DNA of 63,774 nucleotides, filler included, from Lama guanicoe (GCA_013239625.1; 158 parts of 158 records of this genome joined end to end with filler, not necessarily neighbours in it); one strand, 5' to 3'. Counted from the whole stretch's first letter, positions 1-12,503 are shown. Translations and numbers: made by a program. The notes: generated by a model not told the origin, from the sequence alone.

Positions 1-303
1 CCACCCAGGTATTTACTGAGGCACTTTGAGCCCCATACCTCACCAGGAAAGGCAAATCTTTCAAAATGTCTCCAACAAACTTATCAACCACCCGGCATGA
101 CACTGGAATAAAACCCAAATTAGGCATCTTATCCTTGAAGGTATCTGTACACAAGTGAAAAATTAAGACAAGGTCAAATGTGAAAATTTCATGCAGACAT
201 ATTATACATCATTTTCCAAAATTTCACATTAAAGAAACATTTTTCACTGATCCTATTTACACTGATCAATTCCAGCCCATCCCATAAAGCTACTTCCCAC
301 ATT

Positions 304-403
304 NNNNNNNNNNNNNNNNNNNNNNNNNNNNNNNNNNNNNNNNNNNNTTAATTAATTAANNNNNNNNNNNNNNNNNNNNNNNNNNNNNNNNNNNNNNNNN
401 NNN
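304..403. other. Assembly spacer N44-TTAATTAATTAA-N44 (first of ~157 copies)
   Basis: N at 304-347, TTAATTAATTAA at 348-359, N at 360-403. The 12-mer is palindromic and gives TAA in all six frames. Confidence 0.99.
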
Positions 404-692
404 GGATGCAGCTTACACAGTATTTGTGTTCATACATAAAACAAATAGCAGAGTTACTAATTCTCAAGGATTAATTTATGCCAGCTTAGCACTTAGAGAC
501 TAAAGCATCCAAAGGCTTAAAAATTCCTTATCAAGCACAAAACATATAAATACCAAGACACAGATACCAAGGCAAAGGCCCAATGTTGGGTCAGGAATAT
601 GGAGAGGGATCTGAACCCAAGAAAGTCTGGTAACCCCTAGAAGTTGTCTGCAAAAATTGTGTGTATACATCCATATATATGGACGTGTATAA

Positions 693-706
693 ATATATAT
701 ATATAT
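693..706. repeat. (AT)n microsatellite at contig end
   Basis: ATATATATATATAT runs into the gap. Confidence 0.85.
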
Positions 707-990
707 NNNNNNNNNNNNNNNNNNNNNNNNNNNNNNNNNNNNNNNNNNNNTTAATTAATTAANNNNNNNNNNNNNNNNNNNNNNNNNNNNNNNNNNNNNN
801 NNNNNNTCCTGAGTCAACTAAGCAAATTACGTTTTGTGAAAGAGAAACAAATAACATTGAAAGGTGGAAATCTAGAACGAAAAAGGAATGCTATAGCCTC
901 CATACTTCCCAGACCAGAGATCTGTAGGCCCACTGAGGGAGCGTCCGCCTGCGGCTCCCACTCAGGGGCACTGTACTCTGCGACTTGTGG

Positions 991-1107
991 AGAGCACTCG
1001 CCAGCAACTCTCGCTCAGGGGTGCTTAAACCTGTGACCCAAACGAGGGGTGCTAAAGCCTGCAAACCTGTGACAGAGCACTCGCTGGTAACTCTCGTTCA
1101 AGGGTGC
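991..1107. repeat. Imperfect direct duplication (~83-bp spacing), possibly within an ERV leader
   Basis: AGAGCACTCGCCAGCAACTCTCGCTCAGGGGTGC (991-1024) vs AGAGCACTCGCTGGTAACTCTCGTTCAAGGGTGC (1074-1107). AAACCTGTGAC also occurs twice. The ERV origin is inference. Confidence 0.6.
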
Positions 1108-4100
1108 AANNNNNNNNNNNNNNNNNNNNNNNNNNNNNNNNNNNNNNNNNNNNTTAATTAATTAANNNNNNNNNNNNNNNNNNNNNNNNNNNNNNNNNNN
1201 NNNNNNNNNTGTCACTTTACTGGCTCCAACTACATACAGCCACTCTGCATCCACTCCACGAAACAGCGCCTCATGCAGGAACCGGTAACCGGGAGCCTGC
1301 AGTCCCTCTCAGCAGTAGGGGGACGAGGTTGGGGCAAAATCCCAGCCACCCAGCTATTCAAATTCTGCTGGAGTGAGGAGAAGGAATGGCAAACAAACCA
1401 GTAAGAAACAGCGTGCTGGGCTCTACAGCAGACGGACACGTCGGCTCAGCGTGGAGAGTCACCGATGGCCGGGGGTTCCCAAGGGCAGGGCAGTCTGGCT
1501 CAGGACTGGAACNNNNNNNNNNNNNNNNNNNNNNNNNNNNNNNNNNNNNNNNNNNNTTAATTAATTAANNNNNNNNNNNNNNNNNNNNNNNNNNNNNNNN
1601 NNNNNNNNNNNNAAAAAATCATTACAAAGCCGGGGTGGCCACATGTATCTCAGTTTAACTTTGGCCACAGTAAGATCCAGGACCATTTTTGAGAGCCAAA
1701 AAGTGCACAAGACTTTTTGAAGAGTGCTAGTCACCCTTCCTTCAGGTTGTGTCTGCAGAAACATCTCTGCAGGTGGGCTACAACCATCATTTTAAAAGCT
1801 TAGCCGTATGGGAAGGAAGCTAACATTCGTCTAGAGCTGGTCATACAGCAGGATACATGGACTAGACACTTTTGGTGTCTCACTTGATCCTCGGGAGGTG
1901 CTGGGCCCCTTCTGCNNNNNNNNNNNNNNNNNNNNNNNNNNNNNNNNNNNNNNNNNNNNTTAATTAATTAANNNNNNNNNNNNNNNNNNNNNNNNNNNNN
2001 NNNNNNNNNNNNNNNTGACCTCCTTTACCCACATGAAACACCATGTTTTGGGAAAAACTGTATTTTTCCCCTTTAATTTTGATCTATGTAGTATGAACTC
2101 CCACAAACATTTCTAAAAAGATAAGAATGATGGGTAAACTCCACTAGGAAGGTTACTACATGATTCAGAATCATGGCAGGTGTTTGATCAGGTAATTTAA
2201 TATAAGTCTCCAAAATTTGGTGGCAGAGGTAGTGGAAGTAAGTTGAGGAGATCGAGCCTGCTCTGGTCTCCACTGTAGTTCTGGGCAGACAGCCTAACTC
2301 AACATAGACTTGGAGGAGNNNNNNNNNNNNNNNNNNNNNNNNNNNNNNNNNNNNNNNNNNNNTTAATTAATTAANNNNNNNNNNNNNNNNNNNNNNNNNN
2401 NNNNNNNNNNNNNNNNNNCCCCTGATTGACTGAAGAGCTACCAAGAGGACTTCTCCCTAATGGGGAACACCTGTGCCCACATAAATCTGCGTGGTGTGGG
2501 GCCCCACATATCCCCCCCACTCAAGGCTTAGTTCCGAAATCCTGAGTGTGGGGAAGTTCCTCCAAATGAAAACAGCGCCTGGGTTCTAGTAGAATCCTTT
2601 AGCTAGACTTCCCTGATGGTTAGCCTAGGCCAGAGTGCAGGGTGAAGTGGGATTTGAGCTCTAAAACCAAGTATTATCTAGTGCCTCTCCATGGGAACTG
2701 GTGGTGTTTAACCGGCAACCANNNNNNNNNNNNNNNNNNNNNNNNNNNNNNNNNNNNNNNNNNNNTTAATTAATTAANNNNNNNNNNNNNNNNNNNNNNN
2801 NNNNNNNNNNNNNNNNNNNNNACACTGGCATGATGGCCAGAGCAGCTGGATCAGCGAGCTCAGCTGGAGGAGGGAAGGTTTGGAGCATATCGTCATATCC
2901 TCACTCCTGTTCCCTGCCTTTTCTAATTCTCCCTGATGTAACGGCACAAATCCTTACGTAAAGGATGCCATCTTCTTCACAGGATAGCTACAGAGCTGTC
3001 ATCCCATAAATCCATGAATAGCAATTGATCATCTCCATCCTTGACTTCTTGCCTTGGCATCAACCAAATGGGCTGAAATCTGGGATGTGGATTTGGGTGA
3101 CTTTAGGAACCATGGGAACCTTTCNNNNNNNNNNNNNNNNNNNNNNNNNNNNNNNNNNNNNNNNNNNNTTAATTAATTAANNNNNNNNNNNNNNNNNNNN
3201 NNNNNNNNNNNNNNNNNNNNNNNNCAACCGTTATGTCCCGAGGAAGGACAAGGATGGATGTTCCCTGTGGGTGGGGTGGGATGGAGAGCTGGGAGTCGGG
3301 GTGCTGAGGTCATTATGATCTGTGCACTGGAGGAAGGGGGGAGTAAGAGGAACACAAAGAAAAGATACCAGAGAAGCCGGGTAGGCTGAGAGGAGCAGTA
3401 GTGGTCAGGGATGGTCCCCTGTGTCCCCCTTCTTCCTCCTCTGCTCCTGGGGAATGGTATTGGGGCCCGACGGGGACAGGAGCCCACACACCATTCACTG
3501 CTGGGTCCTCCCCCCAGGTGGCAACTCNNNNNNNNNNNNNNNNNNNNNNNNNNNNNNNNNNNNNNNNNNNNTTAATTAATTAANNNNNNNNNNNNNNNNN
3601 NNNNNNNNNNNNNNNNNNNNNNNNNNNCACAGTGGTTTTTGTTGTTTTTTAAGTTTGTGTTGTTCAACGAGATGTACGTCTCCCAGAAGAGTCTCTGAAC
3701 AAAGTGAATATGCAAGGAATACAAATGACAAGTTTGCAGTAGTAAACTTGCCAATGCTTCTGTCACCATTATTCAGTACATACAAGCAGCCTGGCGGCCT
3801 CATCATCCAGCCTTGACCCTCCTCCCCCACTGCCTGGCAGCCGGCAGGTAAAAAGCAAGCCAACAGCTAACCCACTGACCACAGACTCCAAGCACAGGTA
3901 ATTGGGATGGTTACATTAATAAACGTTACCNNNNNNNNNNNNNNNNNNNNNNNNNNNNNNNNNNNNNNNNNNNNTTAATTAATTAANNNNNNNNNNNNNN
4001 NNNNNNNNNNNNNNNNNNNNNNNNNNNNNNGACTGTGGAAAACACATGTAAAAGCAGAGACAGAGAATTTAGAGATGGTAAACACAAATAATATGACTCC

Positions 4101-4433
4101 CAGAAAGAAAAAGTTCCACTATGAGTTGGAAAGTATTGAGATGATGTCTCAGTTCTGGGGGATGACAGCTCAGACTACTGGGAAATCCAAAAGAATGGAT
4201 CTGTAGTATGTGGGAACTAAGGAAGTAAGAGCTGATCAAAGTGAGGAATAAACATAAAAATAAAGTGATTTAGAATAGCAACTAAATTACAAGGAGCCTG
4301 GTGTAGACTGGACTATGTCCCTTCCCCAATGCANNNNNNNNNNNNNNNNNNNNNNNNNNNNNNNNNNNNNNNNNNNNTTAATTAATTAANNNNNNNNNNN
4401 NNNNNNNNNNNNNNNNNNNNNNNNNNNNNNNNN

Positions 4434-4736
4434 TAAAAGCTTTTGCACAGCAAAGGAAACCATCGACAAAATGAAAAGACAATCTATTAAATGGGAGAAA
4501 ATATTTGCAAATGATGTGACCAACAAGAGATTAATATCCAACACGTGTAAACACCTCATACAACTCAACATCAAAACCCCACCAAACACCCCAATTAAAA
4601 ATGGGCAGAAGAGCTGAATAGACATTTTTCCAAAGAGGAAATGCATGTGGCTAATAGGCATAGAAAAGATACTCAACAGCGCTAATCATTAGGGAAATGC
4701 AAATCAAAACCACAATGAGATGTCACCTCACACCTG
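4434..4736 (+). mobile_element. LINE-1 ORF2 C-terminal region fragment
   Basis: Translates KSFCTAKETIDKMKRQSIKWEKIFAND..., and contains AGGGAAATGCAAATCAAAACCACAATGAGA, typical of L1 ORF2. Confidence 0.95.
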
Positions 4737-5239
4737 NNNNNNNNNNNNNNNNNNNNNNNNNNNNNNNNNNNNNNNNNNNNTTAATTAATTAANNNNNNNN
4801 NNNNNNNNNNNNNNNNNNNNNNNNNNNNNNNNNNNNTTTTACTTTACTATGGGTTTATCAGGATGTAATTTACCGTGGATTCATCAGGATGTCTCTCTAT
4901 TGCAAGGCAAAGGAGATCTGTATCTGCAAAATTAATTATCATAGTTTTCTTCTAGTATTTAAACATGAGAACTTTCTTATGTTTTCTTAGTCTCCAAGAG
5001 CATCATTCTATGAATAATTTCCAAGACGAGACTGTACCTGAATTCGTTAGTCAGTTTATTATTAGATATTTAGATGTGACCAGTTTTCCACTAATATCAT
5101 GATACTTTGAGGAGTGTTTATTTTTGTATAATTTTTTTTNNNNNNNNNNNNNNNNNNNNNNNNNNNNNNNNNNNNNNNNNNNNTTAATTAATTAANNNNN
5201 NNNNNNNNNNNNNNNNNNNNNNNNNNNNNNNNNNNNNNN

Positions 5240-5285
5240 AGCCACAACTGTGGGCACCAGGAGGATGCTGGTGTCATCTGCTCAG
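5240..5285 (+). CDS. 3' end of a group-B SRCR-domain exon (DMBT1-like; CD163/WC1 family not excluded), partial
   Basis: Translates SHNCGHQEDAGVICS, the canonical SRCR C-terminal motif, followed by a phase-1 donor CAG|GT at 5286 as expected for SRCR exons. Confidence 0.85.
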
Positions 5286-5527
5286 GTGTGCTTCCAAGGC
5301 TTTGGACCTCCGTGTTAGTGTGTGGTTTTCTCCAGGAAAGGGCTCTTCTTTGCCCTGAGCTCCTCTCACACTGAGCTTCCCTGAAAGATGTACAGTTTCC
5401 CTGATGGCATCAGCAATAGCCATCGGTGTCCAGAATTTCATGAGTCTGAAGCAGCACTTTTCTCAGTGGCCCCTGAAGCAGACAAGGTGTAATGGACACT
5501 AAAGTTGTAAGAATGGATTCCAAAACA

Positions 5528-5542
5528 TGTGTGTGTGTGTGT
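5528..5542. repeat. (TG)n microsatellite at contig end
   Basis: A TG run extends into the gap. Confidence 0.85.
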
Positions 5543-6046
5543 NNNNNNNNNNNNNNNNNNNNNNNNNNNNNNNNNNNNNNNNNNNNTTAATTAATTAANN
5601 NNNNNNNNNNNNNNNNNNNNNNNNNNNNNNNNNNNNNNNNNNGCAAGGGTGAGATGAATTTTGACCCTAATATGAAGATGGAGAAAAGTCTTGAGCGAGG
5701 ATTCCAGGCAACAAGAAAACTCTGGAGTATTGGACGAGACAAGGGCAGAGAGAACGAGAAACAAAGAAAGGGGCTATAGGAAAACAAAGATCTCATGTTT
5801 CCCTGGGGCTGATCCATGCTGGAAGCCTCTGGGAATCATGATGCTTGGATTAATATGGTTTAAAGATAATTTCTGTCAAGACTGACTTCCAATTTGCGGT
5901 CTCTCTAGGCTAGAGAGGCTAGCAAGTATAAAATACAGAGCAAACANNNNNNNNNNNNNNNNNNNNNNNNNNNNNNNNNNNNNNNNNNNNTTAATTAATT
6001 AANNNNNNNNNNNNNNNNNNNNNNNNNNNNNNNNNNNNNNNNNNNN

Positions 6047-6349
6047 TAATTTGTGCTCTCTCTTTTTTCTTCTTTGTGAGTTTGGCCTGAGGTTTATGGA
6101 TTTTATTTACTTTTCAAAAAACCAGCTTTTGGTTTGATTGATTTTTCTATGCTTTTTTTAATCTTTATTTTATTTATTTCCTCCCTAATGTTTATAATTT
6201 CCTTCCTTCTTTTGCCTTTTGGGTTTATTTGTTCTCCTTTTTCTAGATCTTTCAGCTCGTGGGTTAAATTGTGTATTGGAGATTGTTCTTCTTTTTTGAA
6301 AAGGCCTGTATTGCTATAAACTTTCCTCTTAGCACTGCCTTTGCTGTGT
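6047..6349 (-). mobile_element. LINE-1 ORF2 fragment
   Basis: TTTTCAAAAAACCAGCTTTTGGTTT...TTGCTATAAACTTTCCTCTTAGCACTGC matches antisense L1 ORF2 downstream of the endonuclease domain. Confidence 0.92.
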
Positions 6350-6449
6350 NNNNNNNNNNNNNNNNNNNNNNNNNNNNNNNNNNNNNNNNNNNNTTAATTA
6401 ATTAANNNNNNNNNNNNNNNNNNNNNNNNNNNNNNNNNNNNNNNNNNNN

Positions 6450-6480
<31 letters not shown>
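6450..6480. repeat. (AC)n microsatellite at contig start
   Basis: Pure AC run. Confidence 0.95.
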
Positions 6481-6488
<8 letters not shown>

Positions 6489-7655
6489 GTTACTTCTTTT
6501 TCTTCTCTAACTCCAAGTCACTAAAATACTACCCTGCACTGTGGTCAGAGCTGCAAGGCTTTAAGAAATGAACCCTCCACGCCACCATATACCTGAGAGC
6601 ATCCAGCCCCCACGCAGCCCTTCTCCAGACAGTGTGGCCCCGGCAGAAGTGAGCCTCAGAACTGGGAGTTGCTGGTTAACTGAAGCCTTACCTCTTTAGT
6701 GTGGAAACAGACCTTCTGCCTTGTGCCACCCACCCCCCAGTGTCCCCNNNNNNNNNNNNNNNNNNNNNNNNNNNNNNNNNNNNNNNNNNNNTTAATTAAT
6801 TAANNNNNNNNNNNNNNNNNNNNNNNNNNNNNNNNNNNNNNNNNNNNGTTTGAAAGTTGAACATGAAAGTTGAGCCCCGTCTCTATTTCATGAAAACTAG
6901 GAAAAGGCAGCGTGGACAGCTGCTATGTCAACGCCATTTTAAAGTGAATGATGAAAATGCACCTAAGAATGTGTAGGCAATCTTCAAATGATGATCTGAG
7001 GTGTGTGCTAATTGCATTACAAAGTTGGTCATTTGATACGAAGTTCTAGCTGTCCTCCTCATCTCTCTCTTACCTTTCCCTCCATCCCCACCTATCCCCA
7101 GATTTTACTTGAATGCTGAGAGGGCACTGAGGAGAGGATCATTGATGGCTGNNNNNNNNNNNNNNNNNNNNNNNNNNNNNNNNNNNNNNNNNNNNTTAAT
7201 TAATTAANNNNNNNNNNNNNNNNNNNNNNNNNNNNNNNNNNNNNNNNNNNNATCCTGATTAGTTCTAGAACTCCCCTTCCTCACAGTGACCCTGTGGCTC
7301 TCAAGTCCTCCCACACAGATGCAAACAGTTGACATTTATAACATGGGTCCAGCATTTATCAGCTCTGAGGCCACACACGAGGCCATTAACCTACCTGTCT
7401 ACCCCCGTTATGCAGTATGAAGCAGCTAACAGAAGCAAGTTAGCTTCTGTCTACCAACCTGAAAAAACGAGATCCAAAGTGTACTAAGAAAAAAAAGCAT
7501 GCAAGTGGCAGTTAATGTGTCAGGTGGCCCCATTTTTGTAGGTGTCTCTGGGTAANNNNNNNNNNNNNNNNNNNNNNNNNNNNNNNNNNNNNNNNNNNNT
7601 TAATTAATTAANNNNNNNNNNNNNNNNNNNNNNNNNNNNNNNNNNNNNNNNNNNN

Positions 7656-7959
7656 GGCCTTTTCCCCTGGGGGCTCCCACCCCCTCCCCCGCTCCGGAGC
7701 GTCCTGGCGCGGCGCGGAGTCGCCGGGCCACCGCCGTCCCCTCCCCAGCCCGGCCCGGCGGCGGCGGCGGCGGCGGCGCTGCGATCAACATGGCCGACAT
7801 TTCCCCTCCGCGGCGTGAGCGGCAGCAATGAACTGTGGGGGATATTTATTCAAGTTAGCCCGAGTGACAGCCGGGCCCGGCAGCGCCGAGCCCGGGTTTG
7901 CATTAAAGGGGAATCGGCCCGAGGCTGGGGCGGGGCGGCGGGCCGGCGGGCCGGGGGGG
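7656..7959. promoter_or_regulatory. CpG-island fragment with (CGG)7, YY1-like motif and GC box
   Basis: Very GC- and CpG-rich. (CGG)7 at 7756-7776, CAACATGGCCG at 7786-7796, GGGGCGGGGC at 7927-7936. Confidence 0.75.
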
Positions 7960-10887
7960 NNNNNNNNNNNNNNNNNNNNNNNNNNNNNNNNNNNNNNNNN
8001 NNNTTAATTAATTAANNNNNNNNNNNNNNNNNNNNNNNNNNNNNNNNNNNNNNNNNNNNATATTTTATACAGGGCTATTGATTGATCTTCAGAAAATACC
8101 AAATTATACTTTTAATTCCTTTAGTGAGTTTGAGGGGCAATACTTGCATATTTCATGCATACAGGAACAAAATAATTCTCATCCCAACAAAGCAGAACCC
8201 ATCATAACAAGCCAGGCTGATGAAGATGGTCACACTTCATTGCAGGCATTCTCAGATGTTCCTGTCATTTTTGTTTAGCTAAACGATGGCTTGACTATAT
8301 CTCCTCATTTGTTTTCAAATTCAATAAGAAAACTGAGTATCAAAAAAAGTTAACTTGAAGAATNNNNNNNNNNNNNNNNNNNNNNNNNNNNNNNNNNNNN
8401 NNNNNNNTTAATTAATTAANNNNNNNNNNNNNNNNNNNNNNNNNNNNNNNNNNNNNNNNNNNNGCTGGCAGTTTGTGTCTCTGTGTGTATACACATATGT
8501 CCTTTGTCACCCCGAGGTTCTTCTCACGGGCATGAAGTGGACTGCATGCTTTAAATGACTGGCTGAGTGTATAATAAACCGAAGTAGATTGGGAAGAGCC
8601 CTGTGCAGGCTGGCCGTGAACTTGAATTTCACTCAGCGAGAAAATGTTCTCTCTTGTCAGACTGAGGCCAGCTGAAACTTAACACTGATTTCTTAAGTTT
8701 CACACATCAAGGCACCCCTACTTAATGTCCTGATTTTTTTTATTTTACTCACAGTAAAATTTATTTTNNNNNNNNNNNNNNNNNNNNNNNNNNNNNNNNN
8801 NNNNNNNNNNNTTAATTAATTAANNNNNNNNNNNNNNNNNNNNNNNNNNNNNNNNNNNNNNNNNNNNTTTCCAGGAAGAAGAAAGGAGTGTTTCTCTTTT
8901 TATATTATTTGAAAATAATCATTATCAAAAAAGAAACCAAAATCAACCATAAATAGGAATGTGAAATGACTGGATGATGATAAGGAATTAGTGAATCAAG
9001 CAAGCAAGTCCTGGTGCTGAACGTTCCTCTATAGACAGAGCACAGTACCCTCCAGGCAGAGTCTCATGTTTGCAGTTTTAAATCAATCATAAAGTCCATC
9101 ATTTTTTATATTTTTAATTTGGGTGAAAGATAATATTTTGTACTGTTACAGCACAAAGAAAGCTGATTTAANNNNNNNNNNNNNNNNNNNNNNNNNNNNN
9201 NNNNNNNNNNNNNNNTTAATTAATTAANNNNNNNNNNNNNNNNNNNNNNNNNNNNNNNNNNNNNNNNNNNNAGCCAGATTGTCAAATATCAAAAAGATCT
9301 CACCAGGCTGCTTCTGATCACTGTGTTCTGATACATTCTAGAACTGTATACATCAAATTATAAATAATTATTTCACTTTCCCCCATACTTCCTCTTTTTA
9401 CACCATCTCCTTACTGTTACTACTCATCATTTTGGGAATGATGGAACTGGTTACATGAAAAGCTGTGTATTAAATTGTGCACGATATACTTAGGAACGTA
9501 CTTGAAGTTAGCCTCTCATCTCTTTATTTTCTGTATGCCATCGGCATTCCTTTTCCTCAGCTCACAGGCACACACNNNNNNNNNNNNNNNNNNNNNNNNN
9601 NNNNNNNNNNNNNNNNNNNTTAATTAATTAANNNNNNNNNNNNNNNNNNNNNNNNNNNNNNNNNNNNNNNNNNNNCAAATATTACAGATGGAGCTAAAAT
9701 GATCCATGGTAATTTACTGTTCTCCGCAGTCAAAAGGCAAACTTGCCTCCTGCCTATACGGAAGCCCTCTAGGACATACTCTGTACTTATTCTCTGGGCA
9801 GGGTTCCCACTGATGACGGGGGACAGCCCACGAGCGGAATGCATGAACAGAAATCTCCACACCGCAGATCAGAGAGGAGAATTCAGTCCGAGCCCAGCTG
9901 GGCATTCCAGAGAGAGAGAAAGAAAGAAGCCAACATAATATCAACAGTTGGGGGGAAACGTTATGACTCTGCACGTTCANNNNNNNNNNNNNNNNNNNNN
10001 NNNNNNNNNNNNNNNNNNNNNNNTTAATTAATTAANNNNNNNNNNNNNNNNNNNNNNNNNNNNNNNNNNNNNNNNNNNNAAAGAAAGTTAGTGAGAGAGT
10101 GTTGAAGGACTGCTGTTTTACCCCATACACTTAGGAGCACCAGGAGCCAAAATACTCTCGTGTGACATTTGGGGTCACCCCAATGATTAAGCACCCCCCG
10201 AACTACTTAAGTGCAGCAGAAGACAAGGTAGACATGGAGTGGGCTGTGGTGCAGGTACTACCATCAGTGTGCCCTGCTGTCCAGACCTGCTGCAGAGAAA
10301 ATGACCAGAACCGTTACCCAGAATTTCCTTCCTCATTCGGTCATGTAAGTATTTTAACTAACTTCCTTATTTTTTTTTTTTTTNNNNNNNNNNNNNNNNN
10401 NNNNNNNNNNNNNNNNNNNNNNNNNNNTTAATTAATTAANNNNNNNNNNNNNNNNNNNNNNNNNNNNNNNNNNNNNNNNNNNNCACCGTCACAGAACCAG
10501 CCCGCCTCCGATGCACTGCCTGTGCACCCGGCTGTAAGGGTTACCCCTCCCCTCGTTCAGATGCCACCCAGCGCTTGAGCAGCCTCAGTGTCTCAGGGCC
10601 AGTTTTTCCTCTGGTTATGGCAGTCCTCACTCCTGTGTGAAGCTGCAACACGAGGCAAGCAGCCCTGGAACCTTCAGTCGGGTCAGGTTGGGGCGTATGC
10701 TGGGGTGGTCGTGGGAAACGAGTCAGCCACCTGCGTGATTTCAATTTCAATCCACCCTCTTTACCCTGCTTTCAGAGCAATCAGGCANNNNNNNNNNNNN
10801 NNNNNNNNNNNNNNNNNNNNNNNNNNNNNNNTTAATTAATTAANNNNNNNNNNNNNNNNNNNNNNNNNNNNNNNNNNNNNNNNNNNN

Positions 10888-11090
10888 TGAAGATGACACA
10901 AAGAAATGGAAAGATACCTTGTGCTCTTGGATTGGAAGAATCAAAGTTTTTAAAATGGTCATCCTACCTAAAGCAATCCACAGACCCAAAGCAACCCCTG
11001 CCAAAATACTAATGGTATTTTTCACAGAACTAGAACAATTTCAAAATTTATATGGGACCATGAAAGACTCCAAACTGCCAAAGCAATCTT
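10888..11090 (+). mobile_element. LINE-1 ORF2 fragment (post-RT)
   Basis: Translates KKWKDTLCSWIGRIKVFKMVILPKAIHRPKATPAKILMVFFTELEQ, matching L1 ORF2. Confidence 0.95.
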
Positions 11091-11191
11091 TTGTAGATTT
11101 TTTAAAAATCTTTCTTCTTTTTGTTCTTTTTTCTTACGGTTTGATGACTAGAGAAGTTCCTCCAACATTTGTTGTAAAGCTGGTTTGGTGG
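11091..11191 (-). mobile_element. LINE-1 fragment (ORF1 3' end / inter-ORF) in opposite orientation
   Basis: CTAGAGAAGTTCCTCCAACATTTGTTGTAAAGCTGGTTTGGTGG resembles the antisense end of L1 ORF1. Confidence 0.7.
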
Positions 11192-11695
11192 NNNNNNNNN
11201 NNNNNNNNNNNNNNNNNNNNNNNNNNNNNNNNNNNTTAATTAATTAANNNNNNNNNNNNNNNNNNNNNNNNNNNNNNNNNNNNNNNNNNNNGTTGGTTGG
11301 TTGGTTGATTGGAATTAATTTTTATCCTGCCTAATTTAAAACAAAAGGGTGTAAGGGAGTAGGGGCACCGGGTGTGTTGTACTATGCTGAGCGTCACTCT
11401 TCCTGTAATCCCCACCACACACAGGACAGAGGGATGCAGTGATTCAGACCTCATCCACCTGTGCTCCAACTCAAAGACTGACATATTTCCCAACTTGCCC
11501 AAGGCTCTGGTAAGGAAAACTCAGGTCCCCAAACCCAGGTCATTCAAGTGTAGCAGTAACCAGCTGGGTTTTCAGCAACTTGGATGGAGCCATCTNNNNN
11601 NNNNNNNNNNNNNNNNNNNNNNNNNNNNNNNNNNNNNNNTTAATTAATTAANNNNNNNNNNNNNNNNNNNNNNNNNNNNNNNNNNNNNNNNNNNN

Positions 11696-11870
11696 GCCTC
11701 TTAGAGTGGGCGGGGGCGGGGCCTTACCACGTGCTCACCCGGCCAAGCCGACCTGAGAATCCGCGCTAAGGCGGAGATGCCAGCAAGGCCACGCTTGCAG
11801 TGGCCGAGCCTGGGCACACGCAGGACGCGCCCCAAAACCAAAGCTGGGAGCGCTGTGTTGGCGCCTTGTA
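11696..11870. promoter_or_regulatory. Promoter-like CpG-rich fragment with tandem GC boxes and E-box
   Basis: GGGCGGGGGCGGGGC at 11708-11722 and CACGTG at 11728-11733, in CpG-rich context. Confidence 0.5.
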
Positions 11871-12269
11871 AGCAATGAGGAGACAACTAACACAGTCCCC
11901 GATACCGGATACAGAAATTATCCACAACTGCACCTCCCTTTGTTCTCAACGCTTGAGAACAGAGGCAGAGAGCAGCACAGAACGCGAGGACAGTGGTTTN
12001 NNNNNNNNNNNNNNNNNNNNNNNNNNNNNNNNNNNNNNNNNNNTTAATTAATTAANNNNNNNNNNNNNNNNNNNNNNNNNNNNNNNNNNNNNNNNNNNNC
12101 AAGTCTGCCTCCTGTACAACTTCTTGGTGCTCTTTCTGCCTGTCATGGCGTCAGGCTGCCTCCAGTCTAACCCCACGTGTATCATAGCCGCATGCTTCCA
12201 GCATCCTCTGTGTGACCCTTCCCCTCCCAGGCCTTCTCAGTCATGTTGGGCTGTGTGACAAACTGTGCT

Positions 12270-12403
12270 ACTGGGCTGTGAGTGTAAGGCCTGTGAGTCA
12301 CTTCTGAGTAGACGCAGTTAAGAGCAGGTGTGAGTCTTCCACACAGGCTGTTTCTTTCATCTGAGTGGCTACAAGGGATGACCTGCTGCAGGTGGAGGAG
12401 CTG
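12270..12403. mobile_element. Old MaLR (MLT1-type) LTR fragment
   Basis: TGTGAGTCACTTCTGAG...GCAGTTAAGAGCAGGTGTGAG resembles MLT1 LTRs; recognised by eye. Confidence 0.45.
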
Positions 12404-12503
12404 NNNNNNNNNNNNNNNNNNNNNNNNNNNNNNNNNNNNNNNNNNNNTTAATTAATTAANNNNNNNNNNNNNNNNNNNNNNNNNNNNNNNNNNNNNNNNN
12501 NNN

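Noticed and set aside
404..600. Possible ERV LTR fragment
   Set aside because: Only a general resemblance; no terminal TG/CA, PBS or family could be identified.
1210..1297. Minus-strand reading APGYRFLHEALFRGVDAEWLYVVGASKVT after CTGCAG
   Set aside because: Protein-like but unrecognised; the acceptor lacks a good pyrimidine tract and there is an in-frame stop just upstream.
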